The notes beneath the pieces were generated by a model. The model was given only the letters and a program-made list of their open reading frames with translations. It searched no databases and was not told where the DNA came from. A stretch of 64,000 bases of DNA. Origin: Octopus vulgaris. Its lineage: Eukaryota. A program made the position numbers and the translations under genes. Numbering within the stretch: position 1 is the first letter of the stretch; each line of letters begins with the position of its first letter. Shown piece after piece: positions 1 through 12,278 of this stretch. The DNA is taken from NCBI GenBank assembly GCA_951406725.2, contig OX597831.1, positions 19,406,001-19,470,000 on the forward strand, read 5' to 3'.

Positions 1-960
1 CATTCAGAATTGCTTCAAACAAGAATCATTGCCGACAGTTCTTGTTACACCTAGTTCAGAAATAATTCCTTATCAAGCCACCATCATCTTATAAACACAC
101 CAATCCACCACGGACACCTGTAAGACACCACACCAAAATCCGAACACACTGATAATCCAAATGTTACGTGACTGATTTCTAATATCTCATGAGAAACGTT
201 ACGACAGAGCGTCGTCGATTCAGGGTGTGTGCATTAGTTCCAATCTGTGCCTTACTGAGAATCTATAAATATTTTGCACTCTATTTCAATCCTGAACAAC
301 GAACTCCGAAATCATCTCAATAATCCGGCACATGACAGGGGCTGTTTTTTTTTACTTTAGATTGTCGAAAATATTTCGCCATTATGGATAATGAGGAGAG
401 CTCCAAACATTCAAAATAATGTCAATACCATATTGGTATTTATCTTAAGCTAACAAATAAATTGCATGAAACGTCAGGTGTGACCAAAATAATCATTTCG
501 TCCCTAAATAAATTTGTTTTAATAAGTGTACAACAAAGGAGACTTTGGAGCACATTTATCGATTAAAAAGTGAATAAACAAAAGTAATCGATACATACGT
601 GTGTGTGTGTGTACATGTGCGTGTGACCGTTTAAGCGAAGTTGGTGTGTTCACAGTGCCAAACTCTGATAATACCCCCGACCATTCTCTTTTACTTCTCG
701 TCTTGACTGCTACTCATAATTGTAATTCAGTTCTGGTCGCAGATTTATTGAAATTACATCCTTACGATACATACATGTATATATATATAAATATATATAT
801 ATATATAACAAAAGGGACATTAGCCATTTGAATGTGGCTAGGGACAGGGCAGGGCGGTGGGGGTGTTACTGATGCATTTAGCCCCAGGCGATCATCAACG
901 TCACCAGATAGGCTTGACACCATCACGGTGTCCTCTATCCTGCAAAGGGAGATCATTCCC

Positions 961-1039
961 CGAAGAAGCGGATGCCACATACGGACCCAGGTTTCAAGGT
1001 GTTTGCCTCTCGTCAACGTATGGTAGGCACCGCCCCTCG
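961..1039 (-). ncRNA. Type I hammerhead ribozyme (second copy, in the inverted arm)
   Basis: Minus strand reads CATACG-TTGACGA-GAGGCAAACACCTT-GAAA-CCTGG-GTC-CGTATG. Stem III (ACC/GGT) pairs better than in the plus-strand copy. Predicted cleavage between 984 and 983. Confidence 0.78.
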
Positions 1040-1494
1040 ACGAACAACTCTCTGTGCAGGATATTTATATATAGATTTTCACGTAAATACATTTACTGAT
1101 TTCGAAAATCTGTTCGACAGCAATAATAATTCTCTAAACGAGATATAGACAGTAACTGCTCCATAACAAAAGCGACATTAGCCATTTGAATATGGCTAGG
1201 GACAGGGCAGGGCGGTGGAATGATCTCCCTTTGCAGGATAGAGGACACCGAGATGGTGTCAAGCCTATCTGGTGACGTTGATGATCGCCTGGGGCTAAAT
1301 GCATCAATAACACCCCCACCGCCCTGCCCTGTCCCAAGCCACATTCAAATGGCTAATGTCCCTTTTGTTATGGAGCAGTTACTGTCTATATCTCGTTTAG
1401 AGAATTATTATTGCTGTCGAACAGATTTTCGAAATCAGTAAATGTATTTACGTGAAAATCTATATATAAATATCCTGCACAGAGAGTCGTTCGT

Positions 1495-1573
1495 CGAGGG
1501 GCGGTGCCTACCATACGTTGACGAGAGGCAAACACCTTGAAATCTGGGTCCGTATGTGGCATCCGCTTCTTCG
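1495..1573 (+). ncRNA. Type I hammerhead ribozyme, minimal stem III, U3 core variant
   Basis: Stem I CATACG (1512-1517)/CGTATG (1551-1556), extended by TGCC/GGCA and GAGGGGCGG/CCGCTTCTTC. Core TTGACGA 1518-1524, stem II GAGG-CAAACA-CCTT, GAAA 1539-1542, short stem III TCTGG, GTC triplet ending at 1550. Confidence 0.75.
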
Positions 1574-1771
1574 GGGAATGATCTCCCTTTGCAGGATAGA
1601 GGACACCGTGATGGTGTCAAGCCTATCTGGTGACGTTGATGATCGCCTGGGGCTAAATGCATCAGTAACACCCCCACCGCCCTGCCCTGTCCCTAGCCAC
1701 ATTCAAATGGCTAATGTCCCTTTTGTTATGGAGCAGTTACTGTCTATATCTCGTTTAGAGAATTATTATTG

Positions 1772-1816
<45 letters not shown>

Positions 1817-2076
1817 TGTATGTATGTATGTATATTACATGTACAGAGAGAGAGAGGTGGGGGTGTTCTTCAACAGTCACGAGAATATGGAGCAAATGTG
1901 CAGGCACAACTCTGACTACTTGCGATACAGAATACTGTTGGTAGTGTTGGTGTAGTGGATCTTTTGCGAGGCTATTCACTGTTTCCTTGTTCACCCAATA
2001 TGACTGAGTAATATCGACAACTTCCTTTCTAGCCAGTCGCCTGTTTTGACGCCAGTCGCTTTCTTCTTTCATGCAG

Positions 2077-2290
2077 TCACAATCGAGCCGCCCGCTTCAT
2101 TATGATGCCGTTTGATGGCGTATATATTTTTAACAGAGTGTGAGACGTCCACCTCAACAGTGTAGAACACATCATTGTAGATTGTAGCCTCCCCCATCCA
2201 GTGACATGGGATTCACTTAGGGCAGCTTCAACATTAATCTTATTTATGTGTTCCCGCCAAGAAATCTTCATCATGGATCGTAACTACAGC
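2077..2290 (-). pseudogene. Degenerate RTE-like LINE C-terminal fragment
   Basis: Translation MKISWREHINKINVE resembles the RTE motif L.ISW.D.ITN.EV; the remainder is decayed. Confidence 0.3.
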
Positions 2291-2894
2291 ATCGGGCAGC
2301 TCATCAGCTTTCCGATATGCAGGATACAACGGGAATGATATTACTACTTTGCATTTTGCTGACACTTTAATAGCAAACTTCCCAATCGACCATCGTGGTT
2401 CTTCTTCAATTTGATTAGAACCCATGTTACATTCAGTTTGTTGTCTTCAGAAATGATGTTACCTAAACACGTTATTTCTTTTTATTAAATTCATAGGAGG
2501 ACTTTCAAAAGTTTCATAGATTCGCATTGAAGCACTCCGAGTTTATGTTGGTGGTTTTCAGTGTTTTTCACATTTACTGAAAGACGGAAGATTGACACTG
2601 AACATAGAAAATCAATCTGTCAATTCCTGGAGATTATGTATGGAGTGAGCCACTAGACCGAGTCACCAGAATAGACACGTTTGCGAATACATATTGTAGC
2701 ACTAGAGGATATTCGTGTAAATACGGTCAACACTCCACGATCCACTCTTGTGACTATATACGTGTCAGCTGTAAATCCACTTGCCGTTTTATCAAGCAGA
2801 TAACATCTTTAAATAACCAGTTCAAACGGCGTTTTGCATATAACCCTATTATACTTAGTGGGTGACTGGAGTGTGTGATGCGCTATCTTTTTTA

Positions 2895-3427
2895 GGAGTC
2901 TTCTGGGACCAGGACGGAGTAGTGATGACAGATTTCCTGGCAAAGGGTACCACAATTACAGGAGCCTATTATGCTTCACTTTTGAGGAAATTAAGAGAAG
3001 CTATCAAAATCAAGAGGCGGGGCAAGATCAGCAAAGGCATCCTCCTCCTGCAGGACAACGCTCCGGTCCACAACTCGATGGTCGCCAGATCAGAAGCACA
3101 GGCGTGCGGCTATGAACTCCTCCCCCAACGCCCTTCTCTCCTGACCTTGCACCCTCGGATCTTCACCTCTTCCCACCCATGAAGTTGTTTTTGAAAGGAA
3201 AGCATTTCCCAGATGATGCAGCCTTGATTTCTGAAGTCAGATCGTGGTTGGAGGACCAAGCTGGGGTCTTCTACAAAAACGGTCTCTAGAGCTGCATCAA
3301 ACGATGGGAGAAATGCGTAACTCTGGGTGGTTCCTATGTAAAAGATGACTAATAACTGTGCCAAGTGTCGTTGCTCTACTGCTATGGGAAGTGGGTCAGG
3401 GGCATTACTTATTGAACGCCCCTCGTA
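2895..3427 (+). mobile_element. Mariner (DD34D) transposon, 3' half, frameshifted, with right TIR
   Basis: VFWDQDGV...LLLQDNAPVH, then SPDLAPSDFHLF in a shifted frame, then CIKRWEKCV.LGGSYV. Ends TTATTGAACGCCCCTCG-TA. Confidence 0.9.
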
Positions 3428-5271
3428 TTTGTATTCGGTGAATAGCATTGAAGCAACAGCTGGCAAAACAAGTATTCGAAGAAGGAAAGAGACTAAATGG
3501 AACCCCACCGCTAAGGGCTATCCGACTTCATGGAATATAAAACCAGTGCACCATTTTTCTCTTTTATTTCGTTTCTTCCAAGAGTCCACTTTCAGAACTT
3601 CCAAACCACCCCCTACACAAACTGACTCCTTTGTCAGTTCGCTTTCTTCCACAAATTTAATTTCCTGTTTTAATTAAGTGGGTAGTACCGTTTTAATTAC
3701 ATGTATTACTCTAATCCATAACACGTACTTTCTGCTTAATTGATATAATCTTAATTTAATTGTATTAATCCATAATCCATTACTATCTTGGAAAAGATTT
3801 GTCACACACATAGAAACATACGCACCGCCTGCGAATATACACGCATTCATAGGGACACTTTACAAGCATATCCATTGAATCAGAAAATATAAATCGGTGT
3901 GATAAGTTATCAAAAGCTTAAATCGTAATTATACAAGGAATTGTACAAGCGTATTTAAATAGTTTGATGTCGATCCATAAATGAGAATAGATATACACGT
4001 GTATACAATTGCTTATACGCAATAATCATGGCTTTACATCCGAAATCCCTGCTTAACAACTAATTCATTACGCAAATACATACAAACACACACTGACACA
4101 CACACTGACACACATACACACCTACAAACAAACACGTGCACACAGAGATATATATGCATTGTTATATATTCTTCTTCAAGCCAAATTATTTTGCCAATCG
4201 TTTAGTTTTTTTTTTTCACCTCTAACAATCTTCTGGTGATGAAAGACTAGGTTCCAGCATCCAAAACAACTATATTCTTTCGTTTTGTAAGTATTAAATA
4301 TTATGATAGTTGTCAAATCTCTCCCTCCTCTGTTGTGTTAATTTTCTGTTCATTGTCCTCTTTCTTATTATGTATATTAGCTGAAAGACCTCATTCCGGG
4401 CGGTTTTCTGCTGGCCTCTTGATAATATTTACACATTTGATTCCCATTTGTAAAAATCTTTATCTTTTACGTCTAATTATCTTTTTGTATGATAGTGCTC
4501 ACTTGCTTAGTAAATATTGCTTTCATTATTTTATCATAGTTATAATCTCACATTTTTAAACAAGCATCACGGTAACCCAACAACAGAGGGAGAGTAGTTT
4601 GTCAAGTTTTACCTTCCCCTTGACGCAACATAGAGATTTTAATTCAGCAACCCGTCTGAAAGCTTTGCATTGTATGAGTGAGAGAGAGGGGGAGGAGGGA
4701 ACATAGCAAACAATGAATGAAATAAACATGAAATGAAAAATTCGTATAAAAAGGACAGTACTACAGATGTATACGCCCCCGACTTTGTTACCTCAAGACA
4801 TCCAGAAAAATAGATAGTTTTTTAACAAAATTTTCTACAAATACCGCTTGGATGCTGTAGCTTCAGAGCATAAAGGGATTTATGGGAAATAAATTTTTCG
4901 AAGGAGTGGAGTGAGGAGGTTCGGAAAATTCTCATGATTTGACATTTTTCCCTCATTATTTTCCAGAAGATTGGTATCTTTTAGTGGAAATTTGTACAAA
5001 TCCCTTTCAAGCGGAATAGGTTATAATTATAAAGAACTTTGTGGGGAAGATTCTTTCGCGGATTTCCCCCGATTTTTTTTAAACCACAGCTTTCGAAATG
5101 ATGAGTTTGGGGGGCATTTTTATATGAAAAATGTTTTGAAAACTCATTTTTTTACACCCCGTCCCTCATCGTCCGACTCCGGACCTATTTCGGCCAATTT
5201 GTTTTAGCACTTGAAAACTATGGGAAGAACATTTTCATTAATAAAAGAATTACTCTTTACTCTTTTTTCTC

Positions 5272-5740
<469 letters not shown>

Positions 5741-6486
5741 TATTTTCACAGGGAAAAGTGATTTAAGGGCGATTTGGCTGTTGTTTCTAGCACATCCAAA
5801 GACTACTCCCCTTCTTTCTTTATCACTCACGCATGCATTGATGTTTTTCAATATTTCCCCCAAAATACATTTGCATGCTATAAAATAGAAAAATGTGAGA
5901 ATTAGGAAATTTTGGCAACCCCACTCTCTGTCACCGATTGTCTCTGTTTAGAATTTAAAATATTGGAGAGACTGTGGGGATCATCGCTGTCATTTGTCCA
6001 CAGTGATTTTAAAAATACGGAGATATACTTGCATAGCAAGTGATTTGATCTGAGATCGTGTGCTGAGAGAAAAACAATTGTAGCGTGGAAGATGTTTGCA
6101 AGCCTTTCGAGAACCCACAAAAACCGTTAGTTTCACTTCAACACGAAGTTATTGCAAACTGTTGTGCAAATCGGTAAACAAATAGCAAAAGAGAAAAAAG
6201 GACTTCGTAGAAGTCACGAAGTGTCAAAACGACGAAATAAAATTGGGGAAAAAATTGAAATATTATAAAAAGATACTTAGTCGTGAATGATATAAAGTTA
6301 AATTATACACCCCGCAAGAAATAGTAAATGACAAACAGGAACGTACAATAGTACACAAAACTTACTCAGTGGAAGCAGGAAATGTGAACATAATGTCGAC
6401 AAAGCAGATACAGAAAGCCAGAGGAGCCAAACGATAGAGATACGTTTAGAGAGGCAGAGATAGCGAGGAAGCATTCTGCAACCCCG

Positions 6487-6909
6487 GTGAAAAGAGAAGT
6501 GGTATTTATACCCCAACACCTTGGAAGGCATGCTTCCAGGATTAGGGTGGAAGATATACCACCGGAAGTTGATGTAACCTGGATAGCAGCCGCTGTCTTA
6601 CTCGGAAATGAGGAAAAGAGAGCGGTTCTTCAGGCCACGAAGACAGGAAGTAGACACTGGAAAGGTCAGATACTGGATATGATTATCCAGGGGTTGAGAG
6701 AAACTAGCGAAAACATGACAGAATCGGTTACATTGGGTGATTTCATAATGAGGGTTAGGGTGGAGGGCAGGACCCCTCGATGTGGTCTGAAAGGTCACAT
6801 TAGAGCAGACTGCCCTTCGCCGTCCAGAATGTCAGAAGAACAAATGAGGAAGGATGAGGTAATACCACCAACAGCAACGAAAGAAATAAGAAAACGAAAA
6901 CGACAGTGA
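6487..6909 (+). pseudogene. Decayed L1/Tx1-type ORF1 (gag-like) fragment, homologous to the ORF at 36978-38244
   Basis: VFIPQHLGRHASRIRVEDIPPEVDVTWI aligns with LFLPTY..KLMKAWICGLPPDIEPEWI. VEGRTPRC-GLKGHIRADC aligns with LEGRAPKCHRCLESGHIKKNC (zinc knuckle with a 3-aa deletion). VIPPT motif shared. Confidence 0.7.
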
Positions 6910-7176
6910 ATGGGAGAAAACGGGAAAGAGAGAAAAAGAAAAAAGCAAGTCAAATGGACACAGACCCCCGCCCCATCCCAGAACCACCCAAGATCCACTC
7001 ATACCCTCTTCGTCCCAGCCTCACCTTACAGACACCAAAACTCCTCACTCTCCTCTGACAAAAAAGAACATGTTCAGACAAAAAGCCCAAACTTCCCCTC
7101 CTCCGGCAAAAGGAAAAAGCAATTATGTATGATGATTCGAACAAGGAACTTTATGAAGAGATACAAACACAGCCAG

Positions 7177-7223
<47 letters not shown>

Positions 7224-7949
7224 TTTAATTTGCTTCAGTTATGAAACTACGATAATGCTAGGACACTGCTTAGAAGGGTTTAATTGAAGAAATCGACCCC
7301 ATTAATTATCTTTCTTTCAGCTTCTAAATTATTCTGTAGTCGTCTTTTTGCCGGACCCTAACTTACGGCGACCGAAAGAAGCCAGCACCGTTTGCAAGTG
7401 ATGTTTGGACAAACTCAAGAATTCATTTATTCGATTAAATGAAATTAATCAATTAATGTCTGTTATTTCACAGACATGTGTGTCCTTAATGCAATTTTCA
7501 AACCGAAACAGGTTTTCAATACACTTTCCGGGTTACCATTTACCGCATTAAACTGGAAATGATTAAATTCACCGACTCCTATGCTAGAGAATAGTTGGTT
7601 AAGTTTGTGTTAGAGGAGATTGAACCCGGCACGCGAAAAGTTCGAAGTGACAATATTAAACACACAAACATACATGACTAAGATTTCTACTTACAAGTTG
7701 AACGCATTCAATCACTGATTTGATCGTCAGAATTAATCCTGTCCGCTAAGCACGACTTTCTGTTGTTATCTTCTCTCCGCACATTACATGTATTTTCGTT
7801 AACTGTTAATCTCGTGAACCTAAATATATTTCTATTGTATAGTATGCTACGTGCCCACTCATACACATACACCAATGATGTGTGGAAACATCTGTAGTCT
7901 ATTGAATTCAATGTGGGAACTATTTGATCTCATTCATTTATCAACTAAA

Positions 7950-8230
7950 CTAGGCGGCGAGCTGGCAGAATCGTTAGCACGCCGGTCAAAATATTTAGCA
8001 GTATTTCGTCCGTTGCTACGTTCCTAGTTGAGTGAAGGTGGTGAGCATACGAAATGCTCTGCGTCATTTCTACCGTCTTTTTAATCTGAGTTCAAATTAC
8101 GCTGAGGTCTACGTTGCCTTATTTCATTTCGGGGACGATAAGATAAATACCAGTTAAGCATTGATGCCGATGTAATCGACTTAAACCCTCCCACAAAATC
8201 GCTAGGCATGAACCGAAAATTGAAACCAAT
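7950..8230 (+). mobile_element. tRNA-derived SINE (family S2), degenerate, head partly duplicated
   Basis: GGCGGCGAGCTGGCAGAATCGTTAGC A-box head and GAGTTCAAAT B-box. Related minus-strand copies near 33600-33800, 44390-44555 and 45645-45835. Confidence 0.6.
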
Positions 8231-10156
8231 ATTATCTCTTTAATGAAATACTAATTTTTAACCACACTCGATGTTTTGTATGAAGGATCCATTTCCTTCC
8301 AGAAGTTAAAAACTAGCAACAATATGAATCGAATTGGAACTTATCCATGTATTAAGTTCGTAGCGCCCTCTATATGGTTCTTACATATAATTGAGTCCGC
8401 CGATGGGTGAGGTTAAACCGAAAATAACGTTGATTAATGATTTTCAATCCAGTACTTAAATTACTCTCTTCGTATATACGATGGTTTATTTCACTAGAAG
8501 TATCTATGCAATCTCAAGTATTTAAATATGTCTTCGTATAATAAAGTTTTTGCTTCTATCGTAAATAGTTCAGTTCACAATCGTTTAAATATGCCATCAA
8601 GATTTCCCTTACAGTGGAATGCACTACGACTTACGTTTGCCTTCAGCATAATGATCGTTCAAATCTAACAACCTTTTGTAAACACCTGACAGCGACAAAA
8701 GTGTGCTCTGGCATGAAATAAGTTTCTGCTGAAATTCGATTCAAAGCTTAATGTCGAATCGATACAATACAGACTTCTGGAAACTTATTTCAATCATTGT
8801 TTATTGTTCACTCGATATTTTGTTTCATTTCATGGTTTTTGTTGATTTTTTTGTCTTTCTTAAATTTCTTTCAGACTTACGTGACTTTGATGTTATCCAA
8901 AGTTGAATGTAAACTTCGATACGTGTCGCTGTTTTACAGTGTATTACATTCAATATTGTACGATTCCCTCAAAACCTCAAGACCCAAAGAAACAAAAATG
9001 AAAAGCGAATATTATTTCTTGTATTTAAAACAGAGGTAGTCCATGTCGTTTCTAGAGATTGTGCGACTAGGCGTCATTGGTTCGATTTCTTTCATAGCCG
9101 CTGTGTGATGGCCATCACCAAAACACGGACAGATTGTTAGTCAGTGCGACTGTATACAAAGACTACGTTTTTTTCTAGAATTTCTCTCATTCCCAACCAA
9201 TGACTCTATCGGCAAGGTCAGCTTTTCAACTTGTAAACCGTCCTTTGAAAACTGGTATATATGTATGTATGTATATATGTATGTATATATGTATGTATAT
9301 ACGTATGTATATATGTATATATATATGTATGTATATATAGTTCTTGAAGAGACGAATGTCAATCAGAGAGCTTACTCTGCTTCAGCTGTAAAACTTGTCA
9401 ATACCATTCATATCACCATTTGTCGAAAAAGCGTGTAAATTTAGAACAGAAGGGAATAAAAAAAACAAAAATACATCAAACTTCGGTTTGACTCGGCATG
9501 AATAGTCAAAATGAAAGGGAGATTGGTCTCACTTTTTAGTATTTGGATCCAGAAACTTCTTTTAAAAAGGCTGATATGATTGAACTGATGTTAATCAGAA
9601 TTATGGCTTGATTTCGATTATAATAGCATGCTAACAATATGTATTTTACAAATTAATTTGAAATTAAAAAGCGAAAAAATATAAATCATTTGTATATACA
9701 TAATTAATCTGGAGTCCGAACGAAGTGTTGTTGTTTGTTTGATGCTTACTGCATCTTTTGAACTTCGAAAAACATGATTAAATATTTACCACAAAGATAT
9801 TGCAGTGTTCTGAACATTGAAGAACGTATTTGACAAAGACATCGTGGTTATTGACTGTTTAAGAAAAAAGGAAAAAATAATGGAAAACAAGGAAAATCTA
9901 TACATCCACGACTGGAATATCTCCTAATTATAGGACTGGTTGGCTATACCAGCCCTGGTGTTAAAAAGCAGCATAAAATATACAGTGTGCTCATAAATTT
10001 GAAATGGTGCGACAGTTTCTGTTGAAATTGTTTTACCGATTTTAGTGTTTGAGTAACTTCACTGCTAAATTATCATTTCTTACTTTGAGTGTATGTGCGT
10101 ACATATAGACATACATAAATATCTACCCATATGGGTAGATATTTATGTATATATGC

Positions 10157-10200
<44 letters not shown>

Positions 10201-10849
10201 ATGTTTGATGCACACAAGGCAGTGCTCCCAAATGGTGTGCAGTTCAATGGCTGAAACAAGAAAAAGATAGAAAATAATATATATATATACATGTACACAT
10301 GTGTTTGTATGTGAGAGTGCAGAGAATATTTGTTTTCCATGTCACTTACGTGCCTAGATCTGATGGCTGGGCGGTCACATGCAGCTACATGTCACAGGAT
10401 TCCACCTTTCTTGGACATGTGGAATTATTGTTATAATCTTGAGAACCTTCGATTCCTGAGAATATTTCTTCCTTTTTGTTTTTGCTAGCCCTGAATACAA
10501 ATGACCGAGCCACATTCTAGAAACTGATATCTCTGAATCTCTCTAGTAGTCGGTTGAAGTCATGAACCTGACGTTGCTTTTCACTTCTTGTATTGGATGG
10601 GAGTATGCCATCTTAATATGTTAATGCGCTCGGTGTATCCGTACAAGAAAATGAAATACTTAAAATTTGGTTTAGGACACGTAAATTAACTTTATCCCAT
10701 CTTCCATAAATACCCGGCGTAGCCACGTAATATGATGTGGGACAGAATGCCTAAGAATTGCTGTGGTAACAAATCCTTGATAACTGGAAGTGAAAAAGCG
10801 TTCCTGTATTTATAGCTGAATGTGATTAGAGTTGATGCGATGAACATAT

Positions 10850-11090
10850 CCAACTTTAAGGTTAGGCAAAGGGGCCTGCGACTATCTGGTCACTATGTGC
10901 GCCTCCATTGGGGAATCCACTTCATGGTGATGTAAGAAGAAGAAAATATCTCACATTTACATTGATATATTGATTGCAAACACTGGCCTGCGATGTATTC
11001 GGGACATCAAAGCAGTGATGATGGACCGAGAGGAGTGGCGGATAGACTTTTCTGCAGCGGCCCGGATTGGAACCCGGCCATAATAATAAA
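10850..11090 (+). pseudogene. RTE-like LINE 3' fragment
   Basis: Piecewise translation RQRGLRLSGHYVR...YIDILIANTGL...AVMMDREEWR matches RTE C-terminal motifs; short (TAA) tail. Confidence 0.55.
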
Positions 11091-11709
11091 ATTAGATATG
11101 AAAATTAAATGCACTAAGTTTACCTATGATGTTTCTGAAGCGTGTACATTTTCAGTCATATACTATAATATTTTCAAAGAATCACGAAAGAAATCTTCCT
11201 TCCTTGAATATGTCTTTGTATATTTTCTTCAATGATTATCCGACACTTTAAGCATAAACATTTCAGCGAGGGAATAGTAGTCAAATCTCCATCTAAATGC
11301 ATCTAGTTACTTCAAAATTCAAAGAACATATTAAATAATGCATTCTTAAGATATCTTATATCACTGAAAAAGAGATTACGAAGTCCAATTATTTATCATT
11401 CGCTAAATGCTAACCTAGCCGAACGAACAGCTCTAAGCACATCGACGATAAACCATGGCACTTATACAAACTACGGATCATGAGATAATAAAGCTTACGT
11501 ATCTATTTGAACATTTTTATGCGGAGATTATTCGTCTCCTTCATCACAAGAATTCAATTAAATTCTCTATAATTAACGGCAAACATTAAACGCACCTAAG
11601 ACTTTGACTTGTATAAATATAACGTGTGTGTGTGGTGTCTGTGTGTGTTCTTGTATATGCTTGTGTGAATGTGTGTGCGTGTCTGTCTGTATATATATAC
11701 ATACATACA

Positions 11710-11802
<93 letters not shown>

Positions 11803-12049
11803 AGATACAGGCGTTCATACGTCTGCTTACAGACACGGTTCTATACTATATTTCTTTATTTTTATTCAAACACCAACTAATTCTTCAATCGCAGAATAGT
11901 TTAATGAATGTTCTTACTTTTATTTGGAACTGGTAATGGCGGTCCGAGTTACTTGTAAATGATATAATATACACAGCAAGTACGTATGCAAAAGATTGCA
12001 TGTATTAACAAGATAACAATGGCTGGTGCTACGATCATTACTATTATTA

Positions 12050-12100
<51 letters not shown>

Positions 12101-12278
12101 TTTTTTTTTCTTCTGTCAAATTTGCTTCCATTGCTTGCCGAGTGTCTTCCCGACTCCTAGGGCAAAGAAACTCATAGTATACATTGGTAGGCCATTAAAC
12201 CAAACTCAGTAGTTCGTTCATTTTTTTTATTTTTTTTTTTTTTTAAGTTAAATTAAAATACATGAGCAGCAACAGTTC

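Larger units (their letters stand above)
805..1772. mobile_element. Retrozyme-like non-coding element: 358-bp tandem unit, ~1.15 units in one orientation (805-1218) joined to ~1.55 units in the opposite orientation (1219-1772), flanked by (TA)n
   Basis: ATAACAAAAG(G/C)GACATTAGCC recurs at 805 and 1163; AATGATCTCCC recurs at 1219 and 1577 (period 358 in both arms). 805-1218 is the reverse complement of 1316-1729. Contains hammerhead motifs; no credible ORF. Confidence 0.8.

Noticed and set aside
145-210. CTGATAA...GAAACGTTACGAC (and a similar CTGATAA..GAAA at 665-755)
   Set aside because: Multiple core mismatches and no supportable stems; could be chance in AT-rich DNA.
1305-1385. Twister-ribozyme-like words TAACAC..GTCCCAAGCC..TGGAG
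   Set aside because: P4 would be only ~2 bp, P2 does not form, and the other copies read CCTAGCC, which instead pairs with TGGCTA.
1630-1670. Second hammerhead-like string TTGATGA..GCC/GGC..TAAA..ATC in the 358-bp unit
   Set aside because: TAAA instead of GAAA, and no convincing stem I.
762-1955. Short mirrored ORFs (MWLGTGQGGGG.., MGVLLMHLAPG..)
   Set aside because: By-products of the inverted and tandem repeat; no protein motifs.
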